Of a stretch of 64,000 nt of DNA, positions 28,072 through 39,479 are shown one piece after another. The position numbers and the translations under genes were made by a program. The stretch's first letter is position 1, and each line of letters begins with the position of its first letter. The notes beneath the pieces are model-generated. The model had not been told where the DNA came from and did no database searches. It saw nothing but the letters and a program-made list of their open reading frames with translations. The stretch is from Diadema antillarum (lineage: Eukaryota): positions 1,054,001 through 1,118,000 of the forward strand of contig NW_027271292.1 of NCBI RefSeq assembly GCF_040938485.1. Direction: 5' to 3'.

Positions 28072-28677
28072 CTAGGCTACTATATTGCTGATACACGCAA
28101 GTGCATTCCAAGACTCATCTGAGATGCCATGAGCATCCTTTACTAGCACGGCGAGATTTACCCTTTGTAAAATATCCTCTTCATTACATCCTGTCATGCT
28201 ACACAACTCCTCTGTATCTTCAATCAGAGAAATAGCCTTCAGTTCTTCACTGTTTTTGTCTCGTACAGTGATATGTATGACAAGAACTCCCTACGAATCA
28301 AGAAGTTGTAACCTGGCCCGACACTCTTCTTTGAGATGCATTGAGAGTCTCCTGGCATGTCTCCTTGAGTAATGTTCTTTTCTCATCCATGCTGATCGCT
28401 TGCCTGATTGTCTATTTCTCAGTAACATAGAGAGATGCAGAGCACGTTTTTTGTACTTTTTCCTGATCAATTCAAAGCGTTCATTCTTTTTCAAAACTTT
28501 TTCAAGCTTCTGTTTTATGTATGCCAACTTCTCAATTTTTCTTTTAAGTTTCTTTATGGTATCAAGCAGACTTTTTTTGCGGACATTCTGATTGCAAAAT
28601 TTTAAGCTGCCATGTCTTTGTCTTTTTAAGCCCCTTACTGAACAGAGCTCGCTGCTTCCCTCCTCGTCGTGACTGCT
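28072..28677 (-). pseudogene. Decayed transposase-like reading frame (possibly Transib/RAG1/Chapaev-like, N-terminal of the catalytic core)
   Basis: One frame with a single internal TAG (28293-91): ...DTIKKLKRKIEKLAYIKQK...HYSRRHARRLSMHLKEECRARLQLLDS*GVLVIHITVRDKNSEELK...LQRVNLAVLVKDAHGISDESWNALACISNI. The family assignment is from motif memory only. Confidence 0.45.
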
Positions 28678-29013
28678 TTATTCGAGTAATAGGTCTGATT
28701 AGATACGATTTTATTGCATTCAGTAGACGAGGAGTTGAAGACATATTCATAGAATAATGTTGGCATATAGAAAAAAACACAATGTTTGAAACCTGATGTG
28801 GACCCTTATGCATAATTATGTAACTTTGTAACTTCAGTAACAAAAGCCAAATCTACATTTAAAAAAAAAAGTATGCCATAGTTCATGAATGAATCAAACT
28901 GCATAAAAAATATGGAACTGACGTTTGAGTGTAAAATGTCTAAATAACTTTGAATTTAAGAAACTGTAAAACTCCTAAACAACCCTGAAACAAAAAGTTG
29001 TTGTGTCTTGACT

Positions 29014-29462
29014 TCATTTCTGCTGTTTCCACTCTTCTCGAGTTCCATACGACCTTATGAACCTCAACATAAGATAGTGCCCTCTCTCCAGATGATGTCC
29101 TGGCAGGGTACCACTACGTTCCACAAATTCGGTAATTGGTCTCATTTTCCTAACCTTTAGGTAAAGCCCCTTTTCTTTCACGTATGCGAAATCCCCTGCC
29201 ATATTGGTTATTCTTACGTTCCAGTCGGGTCCTAGGATGGCATTCAGCTCATTCATTTAATAGGTTACGGTCTTGAGTATTTTTGCAAGGTGCAAATACT
29301 TCCTCGAACACCAGTGGATCTACAGGGACACGTGCCACGCACTCCGGATTCTGGTTTATGCTGATTGTAAGCTTTTCCTTTATGGCAAGCCTGAGCGCAG
29401 TATTGACATCACTTGCTGTTCCGCAGCTGCCTGAAAAATCCTCTTTGGTGATGAGATCCGCC
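29014..29462 (-). pseudogene. Frameshifted protein-like exon, probably a second gene of the same transposon
   Basis: TTTCAG| acceptor at ~29463, then ADLITKEDFSGSCG...PLVFEEVFAPCK, a frameshift near 29256, then NELNAILGPDWNVRITNMAGDFAYVKEKGLYLKVRKMRPITEF...*. Confidence 0.45.
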
Positions 29463-30468
29463 TGAAATTAAAAAACAAGTTCATACAATCTCTCTGTAAA
29501 TCAAAGATGATGATACTACATAGGTACCCATCATTTATTAGAGAAGTGGTAAGTATACACACAAAGGATATGTAGGTAGAAAGGAATTATGCACAATGAA
29601 TGTATAATTGAATTATAACAATGGCTTTATCCCTTCGGCAGTGTAATGTTAAACACGGATTACATGTTAAATAGGAATATACGTTTTCCTGTTCAATTTC
29701 GTATTAGTGCATGAAAGAGTATAGATCTAGAGAGTCATTCAATTTCGATAGGGCAACAAAATAATGGGCATTCAGTTTCACATGAGTAGAGCAATCAAAA
29801 GAGTAAAAACGTTATTTAGATTCCATATACCACAGGGCATTCAAGTAAGCACGAAAAGACACGCGACTGAAGATTCCTGGTAGATTATATGAATTATGTT
29901 ACACAATTCAAGAACAAGCATCTTTTCCAATTATACACGTGTACATGTGGATTCCTGGTGACGTGCAATACTGCATATTAACAAAATCTCATTTTATTGT
30001 GTTACTTGTTCACCTTCACATTATATACAATGTGTGACAAATTTTCAAACATTTTTGTCAATCATATCATTTCCTCAAATCTAAGCTTCACCCTAAAAAA
30101 ATAATAAAAAATAAGAGTAACATCGCTCTGCTTTAAGCCTTTAGATATCTCGACTCAGCCATTTCAAAACCAATTTTCATCAAATAAATGTTGAATTCCT
30201 CATGGAATTCCATGCTCTTTCATGTTTCTCATTGGTATCTCACAAAAAATGTTAGCGTTAGAAACCTGAAATTAGGTCTCAACCAAAACTATAGGAGCCC
30301 TTTAAGGTTGGTGCTGTGAGCATGTTTTTTATTGTTAGACTAGACGTCTAGAGTGTTACTGTTACGGTACACAGTTTACTTTTTTTTAGTGTTACTGTTA
30401 GTGACGGTTTGATGAATGCACAAATAGTTTTGACCTTTAAGTTTAGGTTTAATCTCCTCTATTAATAA

Positions 30469-30641
30469 CAGTGGCGGATCCAGAGGGGGGCGCAACCGGC
30501 GCACGTACGCCCCCCCCCCCCTTAAATTTTCGTTAAAAACAAAGAAAATAAAAAGAAAATACTGCAATGAAACCCGGAAGTGGCACCAAAAATATTAGTC
30601 ACGCCCCCCCCCCCTTTACAGAATTCCTGGATCCGCCCCTG
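30469..30641. mobile_element. GC-rich MITE with CAG(T/G)GGCGGATCCAG TIR and 5-bp TSD (AATAA)
   Basis: The 15-bp TIR matches 14/15; AATAA lies at 30464-68 and 30642-46. Confidence 0.85.
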
Positions 30642-33600
30642 AATAATACACTAGTTTGATTCGTTACAGGTTCTATTCTACATCGGCGCTAACAGTTAGG
30701 CCTACATGAGACAATGCTTAAACATGCTTCAAAATATTAGAATGATGTTTAGTAGAGTTTAACGTTTAGGCCTGTTGTTAGAGTTTAACGTTTGTCGTTA
30801 GGCCTACCTCGACATCAAAGGCTGACTTTTTGTTCCACTGCTGGCACTGCAGTTGTCTTCTCCTGGGTCTCCGCGAGTTTTTTGAAATGTCCGATGGAAT
30901 ATGAAGCACATCTTCTCCTTGGTCTTTGGGTTGGGTGTTCACTCATTGGTTCCAGAATGAAGTAGCCTAGTACTAGTAGAATAGAGTACTCGTTGAATTT
31001 GTCCAAATATGAAATAAGTTCTAACAGTATTATCGTGTTGCATGCATAGAGGCTCTACGTATACTGAGTAACTAAGCTAGCTAAGCTCAGACCCTTATAC
31101 TAGTAGTGCATGCATTATACAGCTGCGCGTATCGCATGCTGGTATTTCGCGGAGCGCGACCACGCTAGCCAGTCGTCCAGCACTAGCTCGTGATTGGCTA
31201 ATATCTTTGACCTGTGTTTGTATGTAAATGAGGTCAACGCGTGATCAATTAATGAATATTCATTATACACTATCAGCAACGGGTTTCAATTGGTTGTATG
31301 TTAATGGAAATATGACATCATACCTCATTAAGAGTTTGTCCGCCGACGCGTGTAGACTTTTTGTAATGATTCAAAGTTTATTTAATGAATATCGGTTTTG
31401 AAATGGCTGAGATATAAAAAAAGGAAAACAAAGAGGTCCTAATAAAAGGTGGGACCCACCTTTTATTAGGACATCTTTATCCGTGGATATCTCAGCCATT
31501 TCAAACCCAATTGCGCTTAGCAATTAATTACGCTTATAATTGTATGTTCTTTAATATTTCATGTACACTGTAAGAAATTTCTAATTATGTCATAAAAAGT
31601 TGAAACCTGAATCCCAATCTAAACCAGAACTATACCATCCCAAGTCACCAACATCCTGTAGGTGAGAAATTCCACAGACCTGTTTAAATTACTATGCTCC
31701 AGAAATATTAAAGTTATAACACGAACTGGAACTAATAGTTGTTTTTTTTTGTGGGGTTTTTGTGTGTGTGTGTTTTTGTTTTGTTTTGTTTGTGTTTTTT
31801 TTTTTTTTGGGGGGGGGGGGTATGGAGGATTTGTGTGTTTGTTTGCCTTTTTGGTTTCTTTCTTTCTTTGTTTGTTTGTTTGCTTTGGTCGGCCCAGAAT
31901 AAGCTATAAATAACTTGCCATGTGAATGCCGTTGCACACGAAGTACAAAAAGGAAGGCAAGGAAAGCATTGTATCCGATTTAAAATAGACTGACTATGTC
32001 TCATACTTAGCTCAGATCCATTCATATTCACTTTACAGAGTGAGTTTTGTTGGGCTAGATATTATACACATATATGTATATGGTGAAACTTTAATCAGTA
32101 AGTATGATAAACTTTTAATTGATATAACTTATTGTCTGTTTTTGTTGATCAACGGCTCACTTTGCAACGACCTTGCGATGGTACAATTTGCGTGATGATA
32201 CAATTTGTATAAAGAAACCTTTGCAATGACCACTGCCCTTGTTATGGGCGATATGATTATGATGATTATTTGTACGCATATCTGATGATTTTGTATTTTA
32301 AAATGATTGTCTGCTGAAAGAATTTTGCGTCATACCGAGAAGAAATATAATTCTGGATAATTTTGGCAACTCATACGCACATGTAAGTCTTCAGTATCTT
32401 CTTCGATTCCACAAACAGTGTTTTGCTCAGACAAGCATAACTTATAACAAATATGAGCACATGACTGGCAGGTGGTTTGTCACGAAAGTGGACCCGTATA
32501 TTGTAATGATATTCAATCAAATCTCTCTGCTGAAACAAAATGCAATTTCTCAGTTTGGACGTCATGGATGTGTTTTCTTCTTATGCCTTTAATGGCGCAT
32601 TTTTCCTTCCTCCTACCTTACTTTTGTCTAAACTTTCCTTCTCCTCTTCCTCCTGTCGAAATATTTGGATTACGTCTCCGTGAACTCTCTCTCTCTCTCT
32701 CTCTCTCCCTCTTAAATAATTCCTTGATTCAGCAGAACAGCATTATCACCGTATCTTCCTTTTCCTTTTATTCTTAGTGTCACTTTTTCTGCCTATATCT
32801 CAAGTACACTCTCCCTTTCCAGTTCTTTGTTTTATGGCAGTGAACACAGTCACTTTGTTTACCTCTTCTTAGTCCTCCCCTTTGCATGGACTAGAACAAA
32901 AAAAAAATCACCTTTTCAATCATAATTAAACCAGCAAATACATATACGGTCAAATATTTTCATTGTACGGAACATGAATCAACAAAAGTTCTGTGTTTGA
33001 CAAGGTTCTGAATTTGATTTTGGCATGTCAACCCGGTTTGATCATGAACGTAATTTGATTTTGTTGTACCGCGTAATTTTACATGCACAATTGCAACGCG
33101 TGATAGATACAGGTGATTTCTTGAGCTTTTAGTGTTTTCGTCTGGAGATATCTGTCGGGAAATATTTTACCTCGATAACATCTCTCGGTATCTTTGATAA
33201 TGCCATTAGCTTAGAGGAACATGAACCTGCAGGTTTCATCAGCTTAATCACATGAAAATGTGCTTAACCACAAAGTGAAGTAAAGATTTCCATCATAAAA
33301 TATAGATAGTATTCATGAATTTGATGAGTTGGTTGCTTTACCCAGGGCTGATATGACGCAATGGGTTAACTAAAAATAATCAATCAGCTGGTATCAGAGG
33401 TCTTTAGAGAGAGAGAGAGAGAGCACACTAATGTACTCAAGTCTCAAATATTAATTTGTTGGAGAACAATAATCCTGATCGGTCACCCTATTTGCTACCG
33501 GACGAAGGGAGAATAACTCGATTGATAGAGATAGTGGGACTGCCGTTCATTGTGAAGATGATTAAACAAACGACCTCTTTTCACCCATAGGGTAGTGTTC

Positions 33601-33707
33601 TACAAGAAAGACAAAAAAATACACCATTTTACTCGTGTGTAGATAAGGCTTTTGTCTTCATGCTCTTCGTTCTTTTGTGTCTGTTTTTTTCCCGGATCCG
33701 TTCACAG

Positions 33708-33823
33708 GGCTGAGAACTCTAGCCTTCATCATAGGTGCTATGGCGATAGCCTGGGTGCCTTCCGTCATGACGGTGATTACCTCAACATTCTGCGCCACCT
33801 GTCTGCCAGGATTCGTTTACACG
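33708..33823 (+). CDS. Gene B exon (TM6-ECL3), 116 nt
   Basis: TTCACAG| acceptor and |GTAATA donor; reads (G)LRTLAFIIGAMAIAWVPSVMTVITSTFCATCLPGFVYT. Same length and phases as gene A exon 2. Confidence 0.9.
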
Positions 33824-35525
33824 GTAATAATAATAATAACAACGATAATAATAATAGTAATAATTGCATTTATGTGGCGCTTTATACATATTCGATTACG
33901 CGAATTTGCAAACATGTGACCCTTTTATTTCATTTCATTTCATTTTATTCATTTCATTTCATTCATTTCGGTAGGGCAAATGATTATTAAAGCTAACAAG
34001 GGTATTCTTCTTCACGTCAGCTCCTTAATGTGTAGAAATACTTTATTTCTTTGTACCCTTTTCTCGTTCGTTCGTTCGTATTTATTTTGCTTCACAAATC
34101 AAATCAAATCAAATCAAATCAAAAATCAAATCAAATCAAATCAAATCAAATCAAAATGAATTGCACGGGTGTGATAATCTTAAACAAAACATAACCAAAA
34201 TAATGACAAAGGAGCAATACAAAAGTGCAAAACTACATAGGCCTATATAACAAAAAAAAATCTTTGTAAAACATTTATACTTGCATAGAGAAGGCATATG
34301 ATGGCTGATGGCCTCATTGGGAATATAACTCAGATTTGCCTCTCACGAAAAGTAATTTATTTGTTTCTATTGCAATATTACGCTTTAGAGGGAAAAAGGA
34401 AGATGTGATTGAATGCTGTACGTGTGCAGTTATATAGGTGCGTTAAATGCGTCTTTTGATTAGATCCTATACCCAATGCTGCAGTGCCAGCTGGTCACTG
34501 TGCCCCTGATATGCCTGTAGGGGCTCTCATCCTTGTTCTAGTTGATTTTGATAATAAATTCAGTGATTTCAAACAAAGAGAACGTTATACGTTTTATGAA
34601 CTTTAGGGTATAGTAGCAGTCAGAGATTAGATGACAAGGCAATCGCTTCCAAAAACTCTCTCTAGCCTGCAAAAACATCTTCCTTAACAGATGTGNNNNN
34701 NNNNNNNNNNNNNNNNNNNNNNNNNNNNNNNNNNNNNNNNNNNNNNNNNNNNNNNNNNNNNNNNNNNNNNNNNNNNNNNNNNNNNNNNNNNNNNNNNNNN
34801 NNNNNNNNNNNNNNNNNNNNNNNNNNNNNNNNNNNNNNNNNNNNNNNNNNNNNNNNNNNNNNNNNNNNNNNNNNNNNNNNNNNNNNNNNNNNNNNNNNNN
34901 NNNNNNNNNNCGTCCAAAGTCCCTGGCACTGAAAGGCTTAAAAGAAATCATCCTAGTAACATACAGATCCAATTGACGCCAAATAAACATTAGTCTAAGC
35001 TCCATAATGATTAACATTTCCCATCCATATATGCACGAGCCAAATAAAAAAGTATGTAATTACACAGAAAAAAAACATCTTCATTAAAATGCTCTTATGT
35101 AACTTTTATCAGCTCGTTCATAAACCAATCGATATTTGTAAAATAAGGGAAATAAAGAAGGAATGAAATCGATATTCAATGATAGGAAGAGGACTGATCT
35201 TGATTCACTCATAATGTTAACTAGATAACATCAAACGAAATATTGATAATCGTGTTCATAATGAAATAAAACTGATCCTTAACAATCACACAATCGTAAG
35301 CAGGAACAGTAAAGTCTCGCTGTGTTTACAGGCTTTTCTTTTTTTTTCTTTTACAATCTTTGTAATTAATTAACTCACCCTCAATGCCTCGTTGAAACAT
35401 GTGATTCTTTGCTTTTGTATTTGTTTTGTTTGTTGTTTTTTGCCAAAGTCTAAGTCGCATTTTCATTTTAAAATGGGAAGGGTGGGTGCGTCATTGACAT
35501 TATCTTTACACACATAACATGCATA

Positions 35526-35567
<42 letters not shown>

Positions 35568-37153
35568 AAAAAGTTCTGAGGTGTTTAACACTGTAATGCT
35601 GTATGTAATTTCTGGAACTAGATATTTTGACCTTTAACTTCTGCAACAGATCAACAAAGTCTGATTTATTTGTGTCAACAACAAAATTTATGCAAACTGC
35701 ACATCTCAATTTCCTTTAATGTATATAGTTTGTTGGATCGAGGGACTCGAGGCCATTATTTTTCTTTTAGATGTGGCTTTAAGATTCATTACACTTTCTT
35801 ATTGCATCTTATTTTAGGTACTGAAACGGAAAAAGCAACAACCGCTTCAAACCTAGCTGTAGAATTTTATATAGTACTGTTTTATGAATGCTGTTCGTAA
35901 ACGACGAAAAAAAAAAGAGAGAGCAGTCTTCTTCAGTATAGCTAAAAAAGTTGTAAAGTATTTGAATTCTTTTTAACTAATAGCAGCATTTTACGATTAT
36001 GTCTGAATCATATCTAGAGCATCTGCCAATCAAAAGAAACGATGCGACAGAGCAGAAGTATAATGTAAAGACATAATTTAGTTCTACCATTAAAGTCATA
36101 TTTTCACAATGCATCTACGAGAGAGGATGTGTATTGTACACTAGAGAGATTTCATCGATCTCCTCCTACATATGTTTTCGTATTTAATCTTACCTGCTTT
36201 CTCAGGGACTCTCATATTTCTGAAAAAAAAATCAATACTATTACACTAAAGAAAATTCTCTGAGAGCGGAAGATTGCCTTGATTCAAAGTAGAGGAGATC
36301 CAATTGAGTGATAAGTGCACAATCGATATTAAGTCGAAAGATGGGACAAAAGGTCACTCCAGCGAAATCTTCGTCGACTCTTCTGCACTCTTCAAACTTG
36401 TTTACATCATGGATATGTCTCAGATACATCAAGACCAGCAGATATGAAGATTTTCATGCACCTTTGGTTAACATTTAGTGCCGTCAATTGAATTCATGGA
36501 ATTGATAAAAACTTAAAAATCAGAAATATATAGCTATTGATTGGGAGAGAGAAAGATTGTTTACGAGTCTGTTTGCCGTTTCAAATGACGTTGCGTTCCA
36601 TTTTGACGTTTGGATTATTACTTGTAATTTTCCTAGTCATAAAATAGCAACATAATACCAGATCATCTCTTAACCTTACGGGAGACCTTGCTAATAAGAC
36701 TGTAAAATGAATCTGAGATTTGTAGTCAAGTTCTTACGAACAATATCACTTCATATGATCTTAGCCATTTTCGCTTCAAGAAGGTGAACGAAAATGTCTT
36801 GTGAAACATGAAATGATTGATGGACGAAAAAAGTAGGTTATAGCCAGATCCGTTTTAATCTTGCAAAAAGAACAGGATGTACACAGAGCTAAAAATTGCT
36901 AGCCTATGATAACATAGCGCTAGCAATTGCATTTAATGTACTTTATTTTATGTACTTTATTTAATGTAGATGATAAACATATATACATAATTTTCCTACA
37001 GATTTGCACCATTTTCTTTTTTTAATTGATATTGAAGAAATGAAATTTAACTTTAGGCTGGGAGGTATACATGTATTCTTATGAGTATCGTATTTTATAA
37101 TGTACTTATGACTATCGTATCTTACAATGTCTTCGGTTTTTCTTTCTTTGCAG

Positions 37154-37276
37154 CTCGTGATATTCTGGGGCTACATGAACAGCATGACGAATCCACTTTG
37201 CTACGCCTTGGCGGATAAAGCCTTTAAAGAGGCATTCATCCAAATTCTATCTTGCAAGCATTTCCTCCAGCGCTAG
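37154..37276 (+). CDS. Gene B last exon (TM7-helix 8, stop); absent from the ORF track
   Basis: TTTGCAG| acceptor; reads LVIFWGYMNSMTNPLCYALADKAFKEAFIQILSCKHFLQR*. The spliced CDS is 1188 nt = 395 aa. Confidence 0.9.
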   Translation, partial: LVIFWGYMNSMTNPLCYALADKAFKEAFIQILSCKHFLQR

Positions 37277-37849
37277 TCGATGTTAATGATAAAATTATTT
37301 CCTTCTTTTCATTAGTGACACTGATGATAAAGATTGAGTATCATTTGGAAAGAATTCCACACATTTATTTCAATGCTGTATTGATTTTGTATGACTCTGC
37401 ATATGTAAATATTTGGTTGTAATTGCAATTTTGTTGGATATAAAATCGATGAAATGAAGTGAAATAAAATGGAAAGAAGAGACTGAACTTGACGTCAAAG
37501 TGAAATCAAACCCCTCGTGCAAGGTGCACGGAGCAGTTTAGACAATTTGCAGAGACGAATTTTATCTCGATGGCACCAACCGCATTTTTTAAAGTCAATG
37601 ATTTGTTCACTTGTAACTCGCACCTGTCGATATTTTTTTCAACATAATGAATAGAGTAACCAGAGTTTGCTATGTGTTTGAAGCGTTAGTGTAGTTTCCA
37701 TGCCAACTGTTTCACACATTGATCTTACATCTTGCCATTTTCATGTTTGACATTGTAACGGAATCTTTGACAACGTAAACTATACTATGTATAGTGCTAT
37801 ATCGACGAAAGAACAAAATGCTGCAGCGTATAGCGTTGTCACAGTGAAA

Positions 37850-37971
37850 CATTAACCTGACATAAACCTTTGGGTTTATGTCTGGTTAATGGGATCACCG
37901 AAGCGATTCGGTGATTCCTTGCATTTATCCCACAGTTGGTACACATCCTTTGGGTTTATGTCAGGTTAATG
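37850..37971. repeat. Two abutting hairpins plus a 25-bp direct repeat
   Basis: 19-bp stem 37850-68/37873-91 (1 mismatch); 12-bp stem 37891-902/37907-18 with a GCGA loop; 37867-91 is repeated at 37947-71. Confidence 0.85.
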
Positions 37972-38073
37972 TGCGTGTTTGTGTGTGGCACACATACACA
38001 CACTATAGCTTCTGACCACACGAGCAAAGAGAATCAAGGGCCGAAGGGTTATGGGTCGAACACTGAACTAGGG

Positions 38074-38148
38074 CTTTTTATAGCTCAGTTGGTAGAGCAC
38101 CGGGCTAGCAATCAGGAGGTCTCGGATTCGAATCCCGATGGAGACCCA
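38074..38148 (+). pseudogene. tRNA-Ala(AGC)-like pseudogene or SINE head
   Basis: TAGCTCAGTTGGTAGAGC D arm, CTAGCAA loop, TTCGAATCC T loop and a downstream T-run. The acceptor stem 5' strand is degraded (CTTTTTA vs TGGAGAC) and G53 is mutated. Confidence 0.7.
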
Positions 38149-38165
38149 TTTTCTTTTTTTCACTT

Positions 38166-38244
<79 letters not shown>

Positions 38245-39479
38245 TACATTACTTTTTATTTATTCTTTTGTTATTTTTTATTTATCTATTTATTTATTCA
38301 TTTATTATTATTATTTTTTTTTTTTTTTGGGGGGGGGGGGGTTATTGCATTCTCTGTCTATGCCTTGTATCTCCTGTACAATCCAGGGAGGCAGCTTGGT
38401 CGTTTAGAATAGTGGTGTAACATTGTTTTTAGACACATAAAAACTGCAGACTGCAGAATGACTAGAATAAGGACTGACGAACAATGTGGCGACATGTATG
38501 TATGCGTTATAACATTTAAATAACTACTTTGAATGTATGATTCATAGCTTTGTGTACATAGAACATGAAGTAGTATGGTGTGATGTGGTGTTTTAGCGGT
38601 ACAAATCTCTTAATAAAGATTATAAGGTGTCTGTTAATCAACCTACTGTATTGAAGCTTGATTTGGATTATGAAAGTAATGTGTGTAATGCTTATGTTAA
38701 AATCATCTCATGAACTGTTGGTTTCAAAGTAGGTGTGAAAAGTGTTACAAATGTAATTTATTCGAGATACTCCGTAAACACCTGCCATTACTTCTGTGCA
38801 TTCTCTACCTTCCATTGTGACGTAAGGGCCACCAACTCCACCATCACCATGAGAGGTCCATACAGTTTAATAATTGCATTAAAAGATGACCAAGAGTCCG
38901 AGCGTCATCTTCAATCACTCCTAACAGTGTAGCTGCATTTATGTGATACCAACTAACGTCTCCCAACAAGAACTCGAATCTAACCATAAAACCCACTCTT
39001 GTCGTAATGGTTAATCGCCCTGGGCCCTGTTTTACGAAGAGTTATAATGATTACATAGTTGATTTCTATCATAAGTCTATGGCAGCCTGTGTGGTATTAC
39101 GGAAAATTATTATCGATTATATCTCTTGATAAAACATCACCCAGGTGTTTTACAAGTTGTTTTCATTTTGCAGCATATATTTCGCATCTCTCACACGATA
39201 CAGACAATAAAAACACTACACAACGCCAATATCCAGGACCACTCAAAACGGTTGTAATGATTTAATTTGAGCTAAGTGAATTAGAAACACTATTGATCAA
39301 GAGAACGAGAATGAGAGAGATCTGCTCTTTGTTACAATCAGATGTAAAATTCAAGTAATGCCTTTATACAATACAATGCCGACAAACTTGTGATGTTCTT
39401 ATTAATACTTACCATTCCTCATATCTTTACACTTTGATTTAACTACGTCCGCAAGTATTATTATCTCCTTAGAGCCTAC

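Noticed and set aside
38074-38148. Functional tRNA-Ala gene
   Set aside because: The acceptor stem cannot pair properly, and there are mismatches in the anticodon and T stems.
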